Positions 12,102 through 22,886 of a stretch of DNA of 64,000 bases are shown piece after piece. The translations under genes were made by a program, and so were the position numbers. Location: NCBI GenBank assembly GCA_965231125.1, contig OZ246414.1, positions 209,739 through 273,738 of the forward strand. The letters are read 5' to 3'. Under the pieces are notes generated by a model. The model was not told the DNA's origin. It did not search any database and was given only the letters and a program-made list of their open reading frames with translations. The stretch is from an uncultured Gammaproteobacteria bacterium. GTDB lineage: Bacteria; Patescibacteriota; Microgenomatia; Woykebacterales; RBG-16-39-9b. Positions within the stretch are counted from its first letter, which is position 1. Every line of letters starts with the position of its first letter.

Positions 12102-12785
12102 ATGTTTCAGCAAAAACTATCTTTTAAAAATTCTCTTGGATTTTCCCTTTCGGCAATTTTCGAAGGCGAGACCGAGAAAGCTCCACTAGTTATCCTTTGC
12201 CATGGATACGAAAGTTCTAAAGACAGGATGTCAACGGCAAGTCTTGCGAAAGAGTTGGTAGAAAGAGGATTAGCCGTTTTCAGGTTTGATTTTACCGGTT
12301 GTGGGGAATCTGAAGGAAAAATTGAAGATCTCACCCCGCTACAAGGATTGGATGATTTAAAATCAGCTGTTGCCCATTCGGGTAGAAAAGATCTTGGGCT
12401 TTACGGAGCCAGTTTCGGCGGTCATGTTTCTCTAATGTATGCGATAGAGATTCCTGTTGCTGTTATGGCCCTGAGAGCTCCAGTTTCCGATTATGCTTGG
12501 GTAGTGGAAAAAGAGCCGAGCGGCAGGCGCAAAAGTTGGGTAAAGTCTCTTGCAGGTTTAGATCTTTATAAAGAAGTAAAAAAGATTTCCGCCCCGGTTC
12601 TTATTGTTCATGGAGATGCAGATGAGACGGTGCCAGTCGCACAAAGTAAAAAACTTTTCGACTCTCTACAAAGCGAGAAAAGACTGGAAATAATTAAAGG
12701 ACAGGGCCATCGCTTTGGTAAATCTGTAAATTTAGAAAAGACGAACGAGTTAATAGCAGACTTCTTTGGGGAAAAATTAAAATAA
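12102..12785 (+). CDS. Alpha/beta fold hydrolase
   Basis: CHG, RFDFTGCGES, GASFGG nucleophile, HGDAD, GH. Confidence 0.88.
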   Translation: MFQQKLSFKNSLGFSLSAIFEGETEKAPLVILCHGYESSKDRMSTASLAKELVERGLAVFRFDFTGCGESEGKIEDLTPLQGLDDLKSAVAHSGRKDLGLYGASFGGHVSLMYAIEIPVAVMALRAPVSDYAWVVEKEPSGRRKSWVKSLAGLDLYKEVKKISAPVLIVHGDADETVPVAQSKKLFDSLQSEKRLEIIKGQGHRFGKSVNLEKTNELIADFFGEKLK

Positions 12786-12821
12786 ATTGCCTACACATAT
12801 TTTAAGTGCTAGAATAGACCC

Positions 12822-13247
12822 GTGAATCCCATTTTTCTTGCCATTCTAGCTGCACTTTCCTACGGTATTTGGACCGTTTTCCATAAAATAGCCTCTACTA
12901 ATATAGATAAATTCCTTGGCTCGATGATTTTACAAATTGCTGCCTTTTCCACAGCGGCGGTTTTAGTTCTTTACATGAAATTTACAAAGCATAGTTTCCA
13001 GATTACCCCAAAGGGAGTTCTTCTTGTTATTTTAGCAGGTATTGCAGCGTCTTTTATAGACTTATTAGCGTTGGCTGCTTACTCAAAGGGTTTATCAATA
13101 TCTGTAGGAGGTCCTTTAATCATCGGTGGTGCTGTTGCAATTGCCGCTATTTTTGGTTTTGCCTTTGGTGATGCAATAACCCCCCCCAAACTTTTTGCGA
13201 TTGCTCTAATTGTTGCCGGGGCCTCAATCCTTGCTAAGTTCTCCTAA
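12822..13247 (+). CDS. EamA/DMT-family small membrane transporter
   Basis: About 5 TM helices in 141 aa with an EamA-like pattern. Confidence 0.7.
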   Translation: MNPIFLAILAALSYGIWTVFHKIASTNIDKFLGSMILQIAAFSTAAVLVLYMKFTKHSFQITPKGVLLVILAGIAASFIDLLALAAYSKGLSISVGGPLIIGGAVAIAAIFGFAFGDAITPPKLFAIALIVAGASILAKFS

Positions 13248-13281
13248 TCAACCACTCTACTCATTGAGAAGGAAAGAGACT

Positions 13282-13638
13282 TCACTTTTTATTCTTCATT
13301 TCGCGCAGGCGGGAATCGGAAATTCCAAAATGATGGGCAATTTCGTGCTGAACAGTGTCCACAACTAGATTTTTTATAGACTGTTCGTCCCCTCTTGAGA
13401 GAAATTCAATCGGACCTTTGAAGATAGTTATTTTGTCCGGTAGCGCCATATTGTAGCCGGAGCCGCGTTTTATTTTAGGAATTCCCTGGTAAAGGCCAAG
13501 AAGCAGGCGTCCCTGGGCAATTTCTTGGTTGGGCCAATCTTCAACTACCACATCAACATTATCCAGCCGTTCCTTGAAAAAGGAAGGCAAGCTTTCGACG
13601 GCTTCTCGAACAAGAGCCTCAAAACTTTCATAGCTCAT
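13282..13638 (-). CDS. Zincin_1-type metallopeptidase family protein
   Basis: LLGLYQG, PDKITIF, HEIAHHFG. Confidence 0.88.
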   Translation of the reverse strand: MSYESFEALVREAVESLPSFFKERLDNVDVVVEDWPNQEIAQGRLLLGLYQGIPKIKRGSGYNMALPDKITIFKGPIEFLSRGDEQSIKNLVVDTVQHEIAHHFGISDSRLREMKNKK

Positions 13639-13775
13639 AGAGGGATTTTACCATGAACCGACGTTAAAGTACAACCCATAGTCTTTACAGCTTTGGGTTC
13701 TTGCCGCAATAAGAAATCTCCCCAACAGAAATTGGTGAAAATTTATCGATATGTAAGAAAGGTTAAAAGGTAAGA

Positions 13776-14045
13776 TTAGCCTCTATCAGGTCTTTCTTCT
13801 CGAGGTCTTGCTTCGTTTACAACGATATTACGACCACCTACGTCTGAACCGTTCAATTTTTCGACTGCTTTAGTAGCATCGTCATCGTTAACCATTTCGA
13901 CGAAACCAAAACCGCGAGAGCGGCCGGTCATGCGATCGGTAATAACGTTTGCTGAACTAACTTCTCCAACTTGGGAAAAAAGTTGTCCTAATTCATCAGA
14001 AGTGGTTGCAAATGGAAGACCACCAACAAAAAGTTTTTTTGCCAT
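13776..14045 (-). CDS. RRM RNA-binding protein
   Basis: RNP2 LFVGGL and RNP1 RGFGFVEM. Confidence 0.95.
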   Translation of the reverse strand: MAKKLFVGGLPFATTSDELGQLFSQVGEVSSANVITDRMTGRSRGFGFVEMVNDDDATKAVEKLNGSDVGGRNIVVNEARPREERPDRG

Positions 14046-14235
14046 TAAACTGCTTTCACCCCCTTAGCGATACTTAAGTAGACACGCTATTCCTTTGTCT
14101 ACTGGGAAATACCAGAGGGGAAAGCTGCTGAACTTAAGAACATAAAGTATATAGTAATTTTACCCGATCAAAGCGGCCAAGTCAAGTACTATTAATTACT
14201 TGCGCGAAGAGCCTTTCTGAAGTAGCATCTTAAGT

Positions 14236-15357
14236 ATGGATTTTTCTAAAGAAGCGCTGGAGCAGGCGGAAAAGTTAGGTGGAAAAATTAGCGTCACCTC
14301 AAAAGTTAAAATAAAAAACCAGGAAGACCTTTCCGCTGCCTACACTCCAGGGGTAGCGGCCGTATCATCGGAAGTGGCTGGGGATGTTAGCAAGGCCTAT
14401 CGATTGACCATCAAAGGAAATTCTGTGGCCGTTGTCTCCGACGGCAGTTCTGTTTTGGGGCTTGGAGATATTGGCCCAGAGGCGGCTCTACCGGTAATAG
14501 AAGGCAAATGCATCTTGTTTAAAGAATTTGCTGGCATAGATGCTTATCCAATTGTCTTAAAAACTAAAAACGTGGCCGAAATTGTCCAAGTGGTGAAGGC
14601 AATTTCTCCTGGATTTGCCGGAGTCAACTTGGAAGACATTTCCGCTCCCCGTTGTTTTGAAATTGAAGAGGCGCTTCAAGATATTGGAATTCCGGTTTTT
14701 CATGACGATCAGCACGGGACAGCAATTGTAGTTTTAGCAGCTTTAACAAATGCACTAAAGGTTGTGGACAAAAAAATGGAGGGTATCAAAGTAGTAATTC
14801 TTGGCGCGGGCGCGGCTGGCATTGCAATTTCAAAAATAATTAATCCGGGAAAGCTAGTGCTGGTGGATTCCAAAGGGCCAATCACTGCAGAAAGAGCCGA
14901 TGCAAATCCTTATAAAAAAGAAGTGGTTAGCTTAAATAATTATTTTAACGCTGGGTCTCTGGAGAAGGCCTTTGAAGGAGCCGATGTTTTTATTGGTGTT
15001 TCCGGGAAAGGTAAAATAGAAAGCAGTCTGGTTAAAATGATGAGTAAAGACCCAATAATTTTTGCTCTTTCTAACCCAAACCCAGAAATTATGCCTAAAG
15101 AAGCAAGAGAAGCTGGGGCCTTTATCGTTGCTACCGGTCGAAGTGATCTCCCAAACCAGATAAACAATGTTTTAGCTTTTCCGGGCGTTTTTCGAGGAGC
15201 TTTGGATAATAGAGTAAAGAAAATTAATATGAAAATAAAATTGAAGGCGGCGTCTGCCATCGCAAAACTTGTTGAAAGACCGAAAGCCGAACAAATACTA
15301 CCCTCCCCCTTTGATAAGAGAGTTGTTGAGGCCATAAGTGCGGTAGTAGCAGATTGA
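14236..15357 (+). CDS. NAD(P)-dependent malic enzyme
   Basis: YTPGVA, GLGDIGP, FHDDQHGTA, GAGAAG, ATGRSD.PNQINN. Confidence 0.95.
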   Translation: MDFSKEALEQAEKLGGKISVTSKVKIKNQEDLSAAYTPGVAAVSSEVAGDVSKAYRLTIKGNSVAVVSDGSSVLGLGDIGPEAALPVIEGKCILFKEFAGIDAYPIVLKTKNVAEIVQVVKAISPGFAGVNLEDISAPRCFEIEEALQDIGIPVFHDDQHGTAIVVLAALTNALKVVDKKMEGIKVVILGAGAAGIAISKIINPGKLVLVDSKGPITAERADANPYKKEVVSLNNYFNAGSLEKAFEGADVFIGVSGKGKIESSLVKMMSKDPIIFALSNPNPEIMPKEAREAGAFIVATGRSDLPNQINNVLAFPGVFRGALDNRVKKINMKIKLKAASAIAKLVERPKAEQILPSPFDKRVVEAISAVVAD

Positions 15358-15395
15358 ATTTTAGCGTGTTGTTTTCCATGTTATAATTCAGCTAT

Positions 15396-15632
15396 ATGTC
15401 TAAGGTCGAGTTTGTTATCGAATTATTTGAAGATCCAGAGGTAGGTGGCTTTGTTGCCGATGTGGTGAATTTACCAGGCTGTATGTCTCAAGGAGAAACT
15501 AAAGAAGAAGCACTAGAAAATGTTGGGAAAGCAATTAAAGGTTATTTGGAAGTAGTTGGCAAACCAAAGTTGGGCGAAGAACCTAAATTAATCACAAAAA
15601 AAGTAGTTGAAATCCCCCAAGTTACTGTTTGA
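15396..15632 (+). CDS. hicB: HicB-family antitoxin
   Basis: GGFVA...LPGCMSQGETKEEALEN. Confidence 0.88.
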   Translation: MSKVEFVIELFEDPEVGGFVADVVNLPGCMSQGETKEEALENVGKAIKGYLEVVGKPKLGEEPKLITKKVVEIPQVTV

Positions 15633-15856
15633 TGGTTAGACTAGCAAATATATCTGGCCGAAAAGCTGTAAAAGCTTTTGGCAAGGCAGGGTACACTCAC
15701 GTAAGAACCACTGGCGATCACGCCATCCTAACTAAACCCAAATTTCATACTATTTCAGTTCCTCTTTACAAAGAAGTCAAACCGTTCCTGTTAAAGTCGC
15801 AAATTAAAAGAGCCGGTATAACAGAAGAAGAGTTTTTAGAACTACTTAAAAAATGA
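15632..15856 (+). CDS. hicA: HicA-family mRNA interferase toxin
   Basis: SG...VKAF..AG...VR..GDH, ISVP, AGITEEEF. Confidence 0.85.
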   Translation: MVRLANISGRKAVKAFGKAGYTHVRTTGDHAILTKPKFHTISVPLYKEVKPFLLKSQIKRAGITEEEFLELLKK

Positions 15857-16971
15857 TAAAACACGACAACTTAGGACCGGAAAAGTTAATCGAGGTTTAC
15901 GATCAAAAGTCTGGTGTGCACGGTTTTTTAGTTATCGATAATACTTGGCTCGGCGTCGGGAAGGGCGGGTTGAGAATGACCCCGAATGTTAGTCTTGCGG
16001 AAATCTACCATCTGGCTCGCGTGATGACTTACAAAAACGCTTTAGCCGAGTTGCCGTTTGGCGGAGCAAAATCCGGAATAGTTGCCGACCCCAAAAAAAT
16101 TTCGGGGGATGAGAAGCTTGAATTAGTCCGCGCTTTTTCGCGCGCGATTAAAAATCTTTGCCCTTCCCTTTATGTGGCTGGGCCGGATGTAAACACGGGT
16201 GAGCGAGAAATGGCCGAGTTTGCGCGGGCCAACGGTTCTTTAAAATCGGCCACCGGAAAACCAGCTGATATGTGCGTTAAACCTGGGGTGGAGTGTGGTA
16301 TCCCCCACGAGTTTGGTTCCACCGGTTTTGGAGTGGTGCAGGCGGCTCTTGAGTCGATCGAATTTCTAGGAAAAAAAGTGAAAGATGTGAGGGTGGCAGT
16401 AGCCGGGTTTGGCAACGTAGGCACTTTTGCGGCCAGCCTTTTGGATAAAGAAGGGGCAAAAATAGCCGCGATTTCTGATAGCGCTGGTACAACGTATAAT
16501 CCCTCGGGGCTGAACGTTCAAAAAGTTTTTGATGTAAAAAAAGAGAAAGGAACGGTTGCGCAAAATCCAGATGGTGAAAAATTGGGAGTTGACGATGTTT
16601 ACAGTCTGGATGTGGATATTCTTATCCCCGCCTCTTTAGGAGGGGTTATCCATGAGACTAACGCCTCTTCCGTGAAAGCGAAAGTAATTATCGAGGCGGC
16701 AAACCTGCCGGTGAGTGAAGAAGCCGAGGAAATATTAAACAAACGGAATGTTTTAATCATTCCGGACATAATCGCCAACGCTGGTGGGGTTATCTCCTCC
16801 TACGCCGAGTATCGTGGTTACAATCCGAAGCAGGCTTTTAAACTGGTGGAGAGAAAAATTAAGAAAAATGTAAAGATGATTTTAGAAAAAGCGGGAAGTA
16901 AAAAAGTTACCCCGCGTAAAGCCGCTATGGAAATTGCTTTAGAACGACTTAACTCCAAAAAACCAAAATAG
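15853..16971 (+). CDS. Glu/Leu/Phe/Val dehydrogenase
   Basis: KGGLRM, FGGAKSG, GPDVNT, GFGNVG, EAAN, PDIIANAGGV. Confidence 0.93.
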   Translation: MIKHDNLGPEKLIEVYDQKSGVHGFLVIDNTWLGVGKGGLRMTPNVSLAEIYHLARVMTYKNALAELPFGGAKSGIVADPKKISGDEKLELVRAFSRAIKNLCPSLYVAGPDVNTGEREMAEFARANGSLKSATGKPADMCVKPGVECGIPHEFGSTGFGVVQAALESIEFLGKKVKDVRVAVAGFGNVGTFAASLLDKEGAKIAAISDSAGTTYNPSGLNVQKVFDVKKEKGTVAQNPDGEKLGVDDVYSLDVDILIPASLGGVIHETNASSVKAKVIIEAANLPVSEEAEEILNKRNVLIIPDIIANAGGVISSYAEYRGYNPKQAFKLVERKIKKNVKMILEKAGSKKVTPRKAAMEIALERLNSKKPK

Positions 16972-17065
16972 TTAAATTTACGTTCCAAGGTCCGACCTTG
17001 ACGCACGAATTTTGGGAATTTTTAAACCATTGCAAAAAAAACAGGCGTAATATAATTTAAGGTGG

Positions 17066-17794
17066 ATGGAAAACCAACAATCTCAATCAAATATAAATTG
17101 GAAAACTGTCGTCGCAGTAGTATTTGTGTTAGCTGTAGTCCTTGCGGTGCTAGGCAGCGGTTGGTATTATCTTGCCACAAGAAACACAGCTAACCAACCC
17201 ACAACCACCACCCAACAAAACGAAACCGCCGGTTGGAAGACTTATATAAATAATGAGGACAAATTTTCTTTGAACTACCCGCCTGATATGATACCTCTTG
17301 ACGACACAGCCTTGGGCCTAGAAGGTCGACCTGAGAAAATAGATCCAAAAACGGGCGAAGTTGTGGCAGTTAAACTTGATCCAAGAACAACGGGTAACCT
17401 TATCTTCATTAATAGTAAACTTAAGGACACTTATGAGCCTGGCACTTTTCACACAAATCCTAAAATATCTCAATTTCTCTCGATTACTTCTAGGAAATAC
17501 GATTCCTCTTATAATTTGTATCAAAATGTTGTTTTAGACAGCTACAATAAAAATAAAGCGGACTCAAGGTCTATTACTCCACTTAGTAAAACAGAACTTG
17601 CGGGTAACGTTGCTTATACATATCAAATGACCGAAGCTAGAGGTTATAATTTTGAGGGCACAGCGATTAGCATTGAAAGTAAATCATTGGAAGTAACATC
17701 AGTGTACAAAAATAAGACACTGGTTCAGATGGTCTACTACAGTCCAAATGAGACTATTAAAAGAATGGTTTCAACCTTCAAATTCCTCGATTAA
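17066..17794 (+). CDS. Membrane-anchored secreted hypothetical protein
   Basis: TM, linker, WKTY.N....FSL.YP and C-terminal STFKF, a pattern common in CPR surface proteins. Confidence 0.65.
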   Translation: MENQQSQSNINWKTVVAVVFVLAVVLAVLGSGWYYLATRNTANQPTTTTQQNETAGWKTYINNEDKFSLNYPPDMIPLDDTALGLEGRPEKIDPKTGEVVAVKLDPRTTGNLIFINSKLKDTYEPGTFHTNPKISQFLSITSRKYDSSYNLYQNVVLDSYNKNKADSRSITPLSKTELAGNVAYTYQMTEARGYNFEGTAISIESKSLEVTSVYKNKTLVQMVYYSPNETIKRMVSTFKFLD

Positions 17795-17842
17795 GCCACC
17801 CTTGTTGACAGCGAGGACCGCTTTCCTTATAATTCCCAAGTT

Positions 17843-18256
17843 ATGCCGACGATAAGTCAGCTTGTTCGAAAAGGCCGAAAGAAAGTTGCTAAGAAAGTTA
17901 AGGCAACGGCCCTTCGTTCGAGTTTCAATGCCAGAACAAGAAAAATATCGCAAACTTTTAACCCCCAAAAGAGGGGCGTTGCCACTGTGGTGAAGACCAT
18001 GACACCGAAAAAGCCGAATTCGGCTCTTCGCAAAGTAGCCCGGGTTCGCTTGTCAAATAGAAAAGAGGTAACGGCCTACATTCCCGGTATTGGTCACAAT
18101 TTGCAGGAACATTCAATTGTTTTGGTGCGAGGCGGCCGGGTGAAGGATTTACCAGGTGTGAAATACCATATTATAAGAGGTCACTACGACACTACTGGTG
18201 TCGAGGGTCGTAAGCAAGGTCGAAGTTTATACGGTACCAAAAAACCGAAGGAATAA
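17843..18256 (+). CDS. rpsL: 30S ribosomal protein S12
   Basis: [28 protein letters not shown]. Confidence 0.99.
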   Translation: MPTISQLVRKGRKKVAKKVKATALRSSFNARTRKISQTFNPQKRGVATVVKTMTPKKPNSALRKVARVRLSNRKEVTAYIPGIGHNLQEHSIVLVRGGRVKDLPGVKYHIIRGHYDTTGVEGRKQGRSLYGTKKPKE

Positions 18257-18265
18257 TATATTATT

Positions 18266-18739
18266 ATGAGAGGAAAACGAGTCGAAAAAAGAAAATTAGT
18301 GCCAGACCCAATCTACGGGAGCCGTTTAATTACTCGGTTTGTGAACCGTTTGATGTTTGATGGTAAAAAAGCTGTCTCTCAGAAACTTGTTTATGAGGCT
18401 CTTGAGGGCATTAAAGAAAAAGGCAAGGATCCGGTAGAAACATTTGACAGCGCGGTGCGTAACGTGGCTCCTAAGGTAGAGGTGCGTCCACGCCGAGTTG
18501 GTGGAGCAAGTTATCAAATTCCGGTTGAAGTAAAGGGTGATCGCCGCGAGGCTCTGGCAATCCGGTGGATTATTGCCGCCGCCAAGGCTCGTTCTTCCTC
18601 GGAATTCAAGAGCATGGGTGCAAAGTTGTCCGCCGAATTTCTGGATGCTGCATCCGGCAGCGGTGCCGCTGTAAAGAAAAGAGACGACGCGCACAGGATG
18701 GCCGATGCGAATAAGGCCTTCGCCCATTTCCGTTGGTAG
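18266..18739 (+). CDS. rpsG: 30S ribosomal protein S7
   Basis: RRVGGASYQIP, MADANKAFAHFRW. Confidence 0.99.
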   Translation: MRGKRVEKRKLVPDPIYGSRLITRFVNRLMFDGKKAVSQKLVYEALEGIKEKGKDPVETFDSAVRNVAPKVEVRPRRVGGASYQIPVEVKGDRREALAIRWIIAAAKARSSSEFKSMGAKLSAEFLDAASGSGAAVKKRDDAHRMADANKAFAHFRW

Positions 18740-19113
18740 AGTTTTTAAACCACCACCTCCCCGTTTCAAAAGTATAATTGTTAAAAAAGTTTGCGAAGGC
18801 CTTGCGAGAGTTGCGTTACTATCGAAATCGCTGTTTCGATAGCACTTCACTCTCTAAAAGTATTTGCGCAAAAGCCTTGTGTTCCGCTTCGCCGGACTAA
18901 AAGCTTTTGACCGCCTACCTACCTTTCTAAATTGTGTTGACAGCTTGGTTGCTATTTGGTATCATCCTCAAGTTCAACACCGAGCAGGTGTTTTTTCATG
19001 CGTAAAATAAGAACTTAGTCGGAATTTGCAAGAAAGTTTATTATCGCAAATTTCTCCCAAAACCCTGCCTTTTTCACTAGCGCGAAAAAGTAGTATAATT
19101 TAGGTTCAACATT

Positions 19114-21222
19114 ATGGCTAAGGAAGTCTCGTTAGATAAGATTAGAAACATAGGAATTATCGCCCACATTGATGCCGGGAAGACTACGGTTACGGAACGC
19201 GTGCTTTTTTATACAGGTAAGACATATAAGATAGGAGAGGTCCACGAAGGAGCCGCTGTTATGGATTGGATGGCGCAGGAAAGGGAACGTGGGATCACCA
19301 TTACATCCGCCGCGACCACTGCATTTTGGGCCACAAAAGAAGGGCCATATAAAGGTGAAAGACACCGAATAAATATTATCGACACTCCAGGGCACGTGGA
19401 TTTTACTGCCGAGGTCGAACGGTCTTTGCGAGTCTTGGATGGGGCCGTTGTGATTTTTGATGGAAAAATGGGAGTAGAACCACAAAGCGAAACTGTTTGG
19501 CGCCAAGCCGACAAATACGAAGTCCCCAGAGTGTGTTTTATAAACAAACTAGATGCAATTGGCGCCGATTTTTACATGAGTCTTTCTTCAATCAAAGAAA
19601 GGCTGGGTGCAAATGCCCACCCAATACAGCTCCCAATTGGTGAAGAAAGTGGCTTTAAAGGAATTATTGACTTAATTTCCCGTAAGGCGACTGTCTATAC
19701 CGATGAAACGGGTGCTAACCCGCAGGAAGCAGAAATTCCAGCGGAACTAAAAGATAAGGTGGAAGAATACCGAGCAAAGTTAGTTGAGGCAATTGCGGAG
19801 CACTCAAGCGACGCGCTTCTAGAAAAATATCTTGCCGGACAAGAACTCTCCGAAGAAGAACTACAAAAAGGATTGCGAGAAGCTACCATCTCAGCAAAAG
19901 TAATTCCAGTGTTGGCCGGCAGCGCCCTAAAAAATAAGGGTGTTCAACCAATGCTAGATGCAGTTGTTAACTACCTACCTTCCCCGTTAGATTTGCCGTC
20001 GGTTGAGGGTATTAATCCAAAAATGGGTTCCGAAGAAGAAAGAAAAACTGACGACGGCGAGCCTTTTGCCGCTCTCGCTTTCAAAGTTATGACGGACCCT
20101 TTCGTTGGCCGACTTACCTATTTTAGAGTTTATTCCGGAAAACTTTCTGCCGGCTCTTACATTTACAACTCCACCAAGGATACTAAAGAAAGAGTGGGGA
20201 GAATTCTTTTAATGCACGCTAACACTCGTCAAGAAATCCAAGAAATAGGGGCTGGGGAAATTGGTGCTGCCGTTGGTCTAAAGCAGACTTTTACTGGAGA
20301 CACCTTGAGTGACGAAGCAAAGCCAATAGTTCTAGAAACTATTAAATTTCCCGAGCCAGTTATTTCTTTGGCAATCGAACCAAAAACAAAAGCCGATCAA
20401 GAAAAAATGGGCTTATCGCTGGCAAAACTTGCCGAGGAAGATCCAACGTTTAGGTTGAAAGGTGATCTGGAGACGGGGCAGTCGATCATTAGCGGTATGG
20501 GCGAACTACATTTAGATATTATTGTCGATCGTATGAAGAGGGAATTTGGGGTTGAAGCAAATGTAGGAAAGCCCCAAGTTGCTTATAAAGAGACTATTAA
20601 AAAGGTAGCGCAGGGGGAAGGAAAATATATTCGTCAATCCGGTGGTCGCGGACAGTACGGGCATTGTCTTATCAGAGTCGAACCAAAAGGGAGGGGCGAA
20701 AATTACGAGTTTAAAAATGAAATTGTCGGTGGGGCTATTCCCCGTGAATTTATCCCCGCAATTGAAAAAGGCGTCCGCGAGGCTCTGGATAACGGGGTTT
20801 TGGCCGGCTATCCGATGGTGGATTTGTTAGTTGCCGTTTACGATGGAAGTTTTCATGAAGTTGATTCTTCCGAGGAGGCCTTTAAAATTGCCGGTTCCAT
20901 GGCATTTAAAGCTGCTACAAAAGCGGCGGACCCGGCGCTACTAGAGCCAATAATGAAGCTTGAAGTAACCGCCCCAGAAGAATTTATGGGTGATATCATC
21001 GGAGACTTATCAAGTAAACGAGCCAGAATTGAAGGTACCGAGCAAAAAGGTAACGCGAGGATAATTAAAGCGCTCGTTCCTTTGGCTGAGATGTTTGGTT
21101 ATGCAACAAGTTTGCGGAGTCAAACTCAAGGCAGAGCTGCTTTTAGTATGGAGCCTTCTCATTACGAGGAAGTTCCAGTAAATGTTGCAAACACTATTAT
21201 CAACAAAGGAGCCAAAGTTTAA
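19114..21222 (+). CDS. fusA: Elongation factor G
   Basis: [30 protein letters not shown]. Confidence 0.99.
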   Translation: MAKEVSLDKIRNIGIIAHIDAGKTTVTERVLFYTGKTYKIGEVHEGAAVMDWMAQERERGITITSAATTAFWATKEGPYKGERHRINIIDTPGHVDFTAEVERSLRVLDGAVVIFDGKMGVEPQSETVWRQADKYEVPRVCFINKLDAIGADFYMSLSSIKERLGANAHPIQLPIGEESGFKGIIDLISRKATVYTDETGANPQEAEIPAELKDKVEEYRAKLVEAIAEHSSDALLEKYLAGQELSEEELQKGLREATISAKVIPVLAGSALKNKGVQPMLDAVVNYLPSPLDLPSVEGINPKMGSEEERKTDDGEPFAALAFKVMTDPFVGRLTYFRVYSGKLSAGSYIYNSTKDTKERVGRILLMHANTRQEIQEIGAGEIGAAVGLKQTFTGDTLSDEAKPIVLETIKFPEPVISLAIEPKTKADQEKMGLSLAKLAEEDPTFRLKGDLETGQSIISGMGELHLDIIVDRMKREFGVEANVGKPQVAYKETIKKVAQGEGKYIRQSGGRGQYGHCLIRVEPKGRGENYEFKNEIVGGAIPREFIPAIEKGVREALDNGVLAGYPMVDLLVAVYDGSFHEVDSSEEAFKIAGSMAFKAATKAADPALLEPIMKLEVTAPEEFMGDIIGDLSSKRARIEGTEQKGNARIIKALVPLAEMFGYATSLRSQTQGRAAFSMEPSHYEEVPVNVANTIINKGAKV

Positions 21223-21359
21223 AAAGGTAGTTTACAAGTTGACTTTGTTTGGTAAAATACATAAGTTGGATTTAGATCTAGGATATTAACTAGATTCGTG
21301 GTATAATTATCCACCTGCCAATGTTAAGTATAATTTAAAATCAAGCTGAAGGAGGTAAG

Positions 21360-22550
21360 ATGGCTGAAGCAAAAAAATTTGAAAGAAATAAACCCCACTT
21401 GAATGTGGGAACTATTGGTCACGTTGACCACGGAAAAACAACCCTTACTGCCGCTATTACAAAACACCTTGCTGATAAAGGCAAGGCGGAGTATCGAAGC
21501 TTTGAGACAATCGATAACGCTCCTGAAGAAAGGCAGCGGGGGATTACTATTGCTTTGGCTCACGTTGAATACGAAACTGATAAAAGACACTACGCTCACA
21601 TTGATGCCCCAGGACACGCTGATTACATTAAGAACATGATTACAGGGGCCGCCCAGATGGACGGGGCAATTTTAGTTGTGTCTGCAGCTGATGGCCCAAT
21701 GCCCCAGACTCGCGAACATATCCTTCTTGCTCGTCAAGTTGGAGTGCCGGCAATTGTAGTCTTTATGAACAAGGTGGATACCGTCGACGACAAGGATCTC
21801 CTTGACCTCGTTGAAGAAGAAATCCGCGATCTCCTTTCCAAATATGAATATCCAGGAAAGGAGATTCCTGTAATTCGGGGCAGTGCCTTAAAAGCTCTCG
21901 AAGGAGATGCCGAAGCCCAAAAAAGTATTGATGAACTTTTGAAAGCAATTGATGACTACATTCCAACTCCCACCCGCGATTTAGATAAGCCATTCCAAAT
22001 GCCAATTGAGGATGTTTTCTCGATTAAAGGTAGAGGAACAGTAGTTACTGGTAGAATTGAAAAAGGTAAGGTTAAGGTCAATGATACAGTTGAGATAGTC
22101 GGAATAAAGCCAAAAACTACAGCAACCGTTGTCACTGGTGTTGAGATGTTCAGAAAACTATTGGATGAAGGTCAGGCTGGAGATAACGTTGGTTTGCTAC
22201 TGCGAGGTATTGAAAAAGACGATGTCGAACGCGGTCAGGTTATAGCTCATCCCGGAAGTATTAAACCCCACACTGAATTTGACGCCGAGGTTTATGTCCT
22301 AACTAAAGAGGAAGGCGGTCGTCACACACCATTTTTCTCCGGTTACCGACCACAATTCTACTTGAGAACCACAGACGTCACCGGGGAAGTGACTTTGCAG
22401 GAAGGTACTGAAATGGTAATGCCTGGTGACAGCACAAAAATGAAAGTCAAATTAATTGGTCCGGTTGCTCTTGAAGAAGGGCTTAGATTTGCAGTCCGAG
22501 AAGGTGGTCATACCGTCGGCGCTGGAGTTATCACTAAGATAATTGCTTAA
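21360..22550 (+). CDS. tuf: Elongation factor Tu
   Basis: [19 protein letters not shown]; SD GGAGG. Confidence 0.99.
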   Translation: MAEAKKFERNKPHLNVGTIGHVDHGKTTLTAAITKHLADKGKAEYRSFETIDNAPEERQRGITIALAHVEYETDKRHYAHIDAPGHADYIKNMITGAAQMDGAILVVSAADGPMPQTREHILLARQVGVPAIVVFMNKVDTVDDKDLLDLVEEEIRDLLSKYEYPGKEIPVIRGSALKALEGDAEAQKSIDELLKAIDDYIPTPTRDLDKPFQMPIEDVFSIKGRGTVVTGRIEKGKVKVNDTVEIVGIKPKTTATVVTGVEMFRKLLDEGQAGDNVGLLLRGIEKDDVERGQVIAHPGSIKPHTEFDAEVYVLTKEEGGRHTPFFSGYRPQFYLRTTDVTGEVTLQEGTEMVMPGDSTKMKVKLIGPVALEEGLRFAVREGGHTVGAGVITKIIA

Positions 22551-22577
22551 GCAAACCCTAGGCTCGCTAAAATATTT

Positions 22578-22886
22578 ATGCCAAAAGGTCGCATTAGGGT
22601 ACGTTTAAAATCTTACGACGCAAGAGTTTTGGATGACTCAGCTGAGGATATTTTGGATACAGCAATTCGCACTGGTGCGAAAATTGCTGGGCCAATACCT
22701 TTGCCTACCGAACGTGAATCTTTTACGGTGACAACCTCACCGCATATTGATAAAGATGCTCGGGAACAATTTGAGATAAAGACTCATAAGAGACTGATAG
22801 ATATCATTGAACCAACCCCGAAGACTCTTGACGCTCTGATGCACCTGGAATTGCCCGCTGGAGTTGATATAGAGATTAAAATGTAA
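22578..22886 (+). CDS. rpsJ: 30S ribosomal protein S10
   Basis: [26 protein letters not shown]. Confidence 0.99.
   Translation: MPKGRIRVRLKSYDARVLDDSAEDILDTAIRTGAKIAGPIPLPTERESFTVTTSPHIDKDAREQFEIKTHKRLIDIIEPTPKTLDALMHLELPAGVDIEIKM

Noticed and set aside
22543-22554. Palindrome TTGCTTAAGCAA around the tuf stop codon as a third gene-end hairpin
   Set aside because: It is too short and not duplicated, so chance cannot be excluded.
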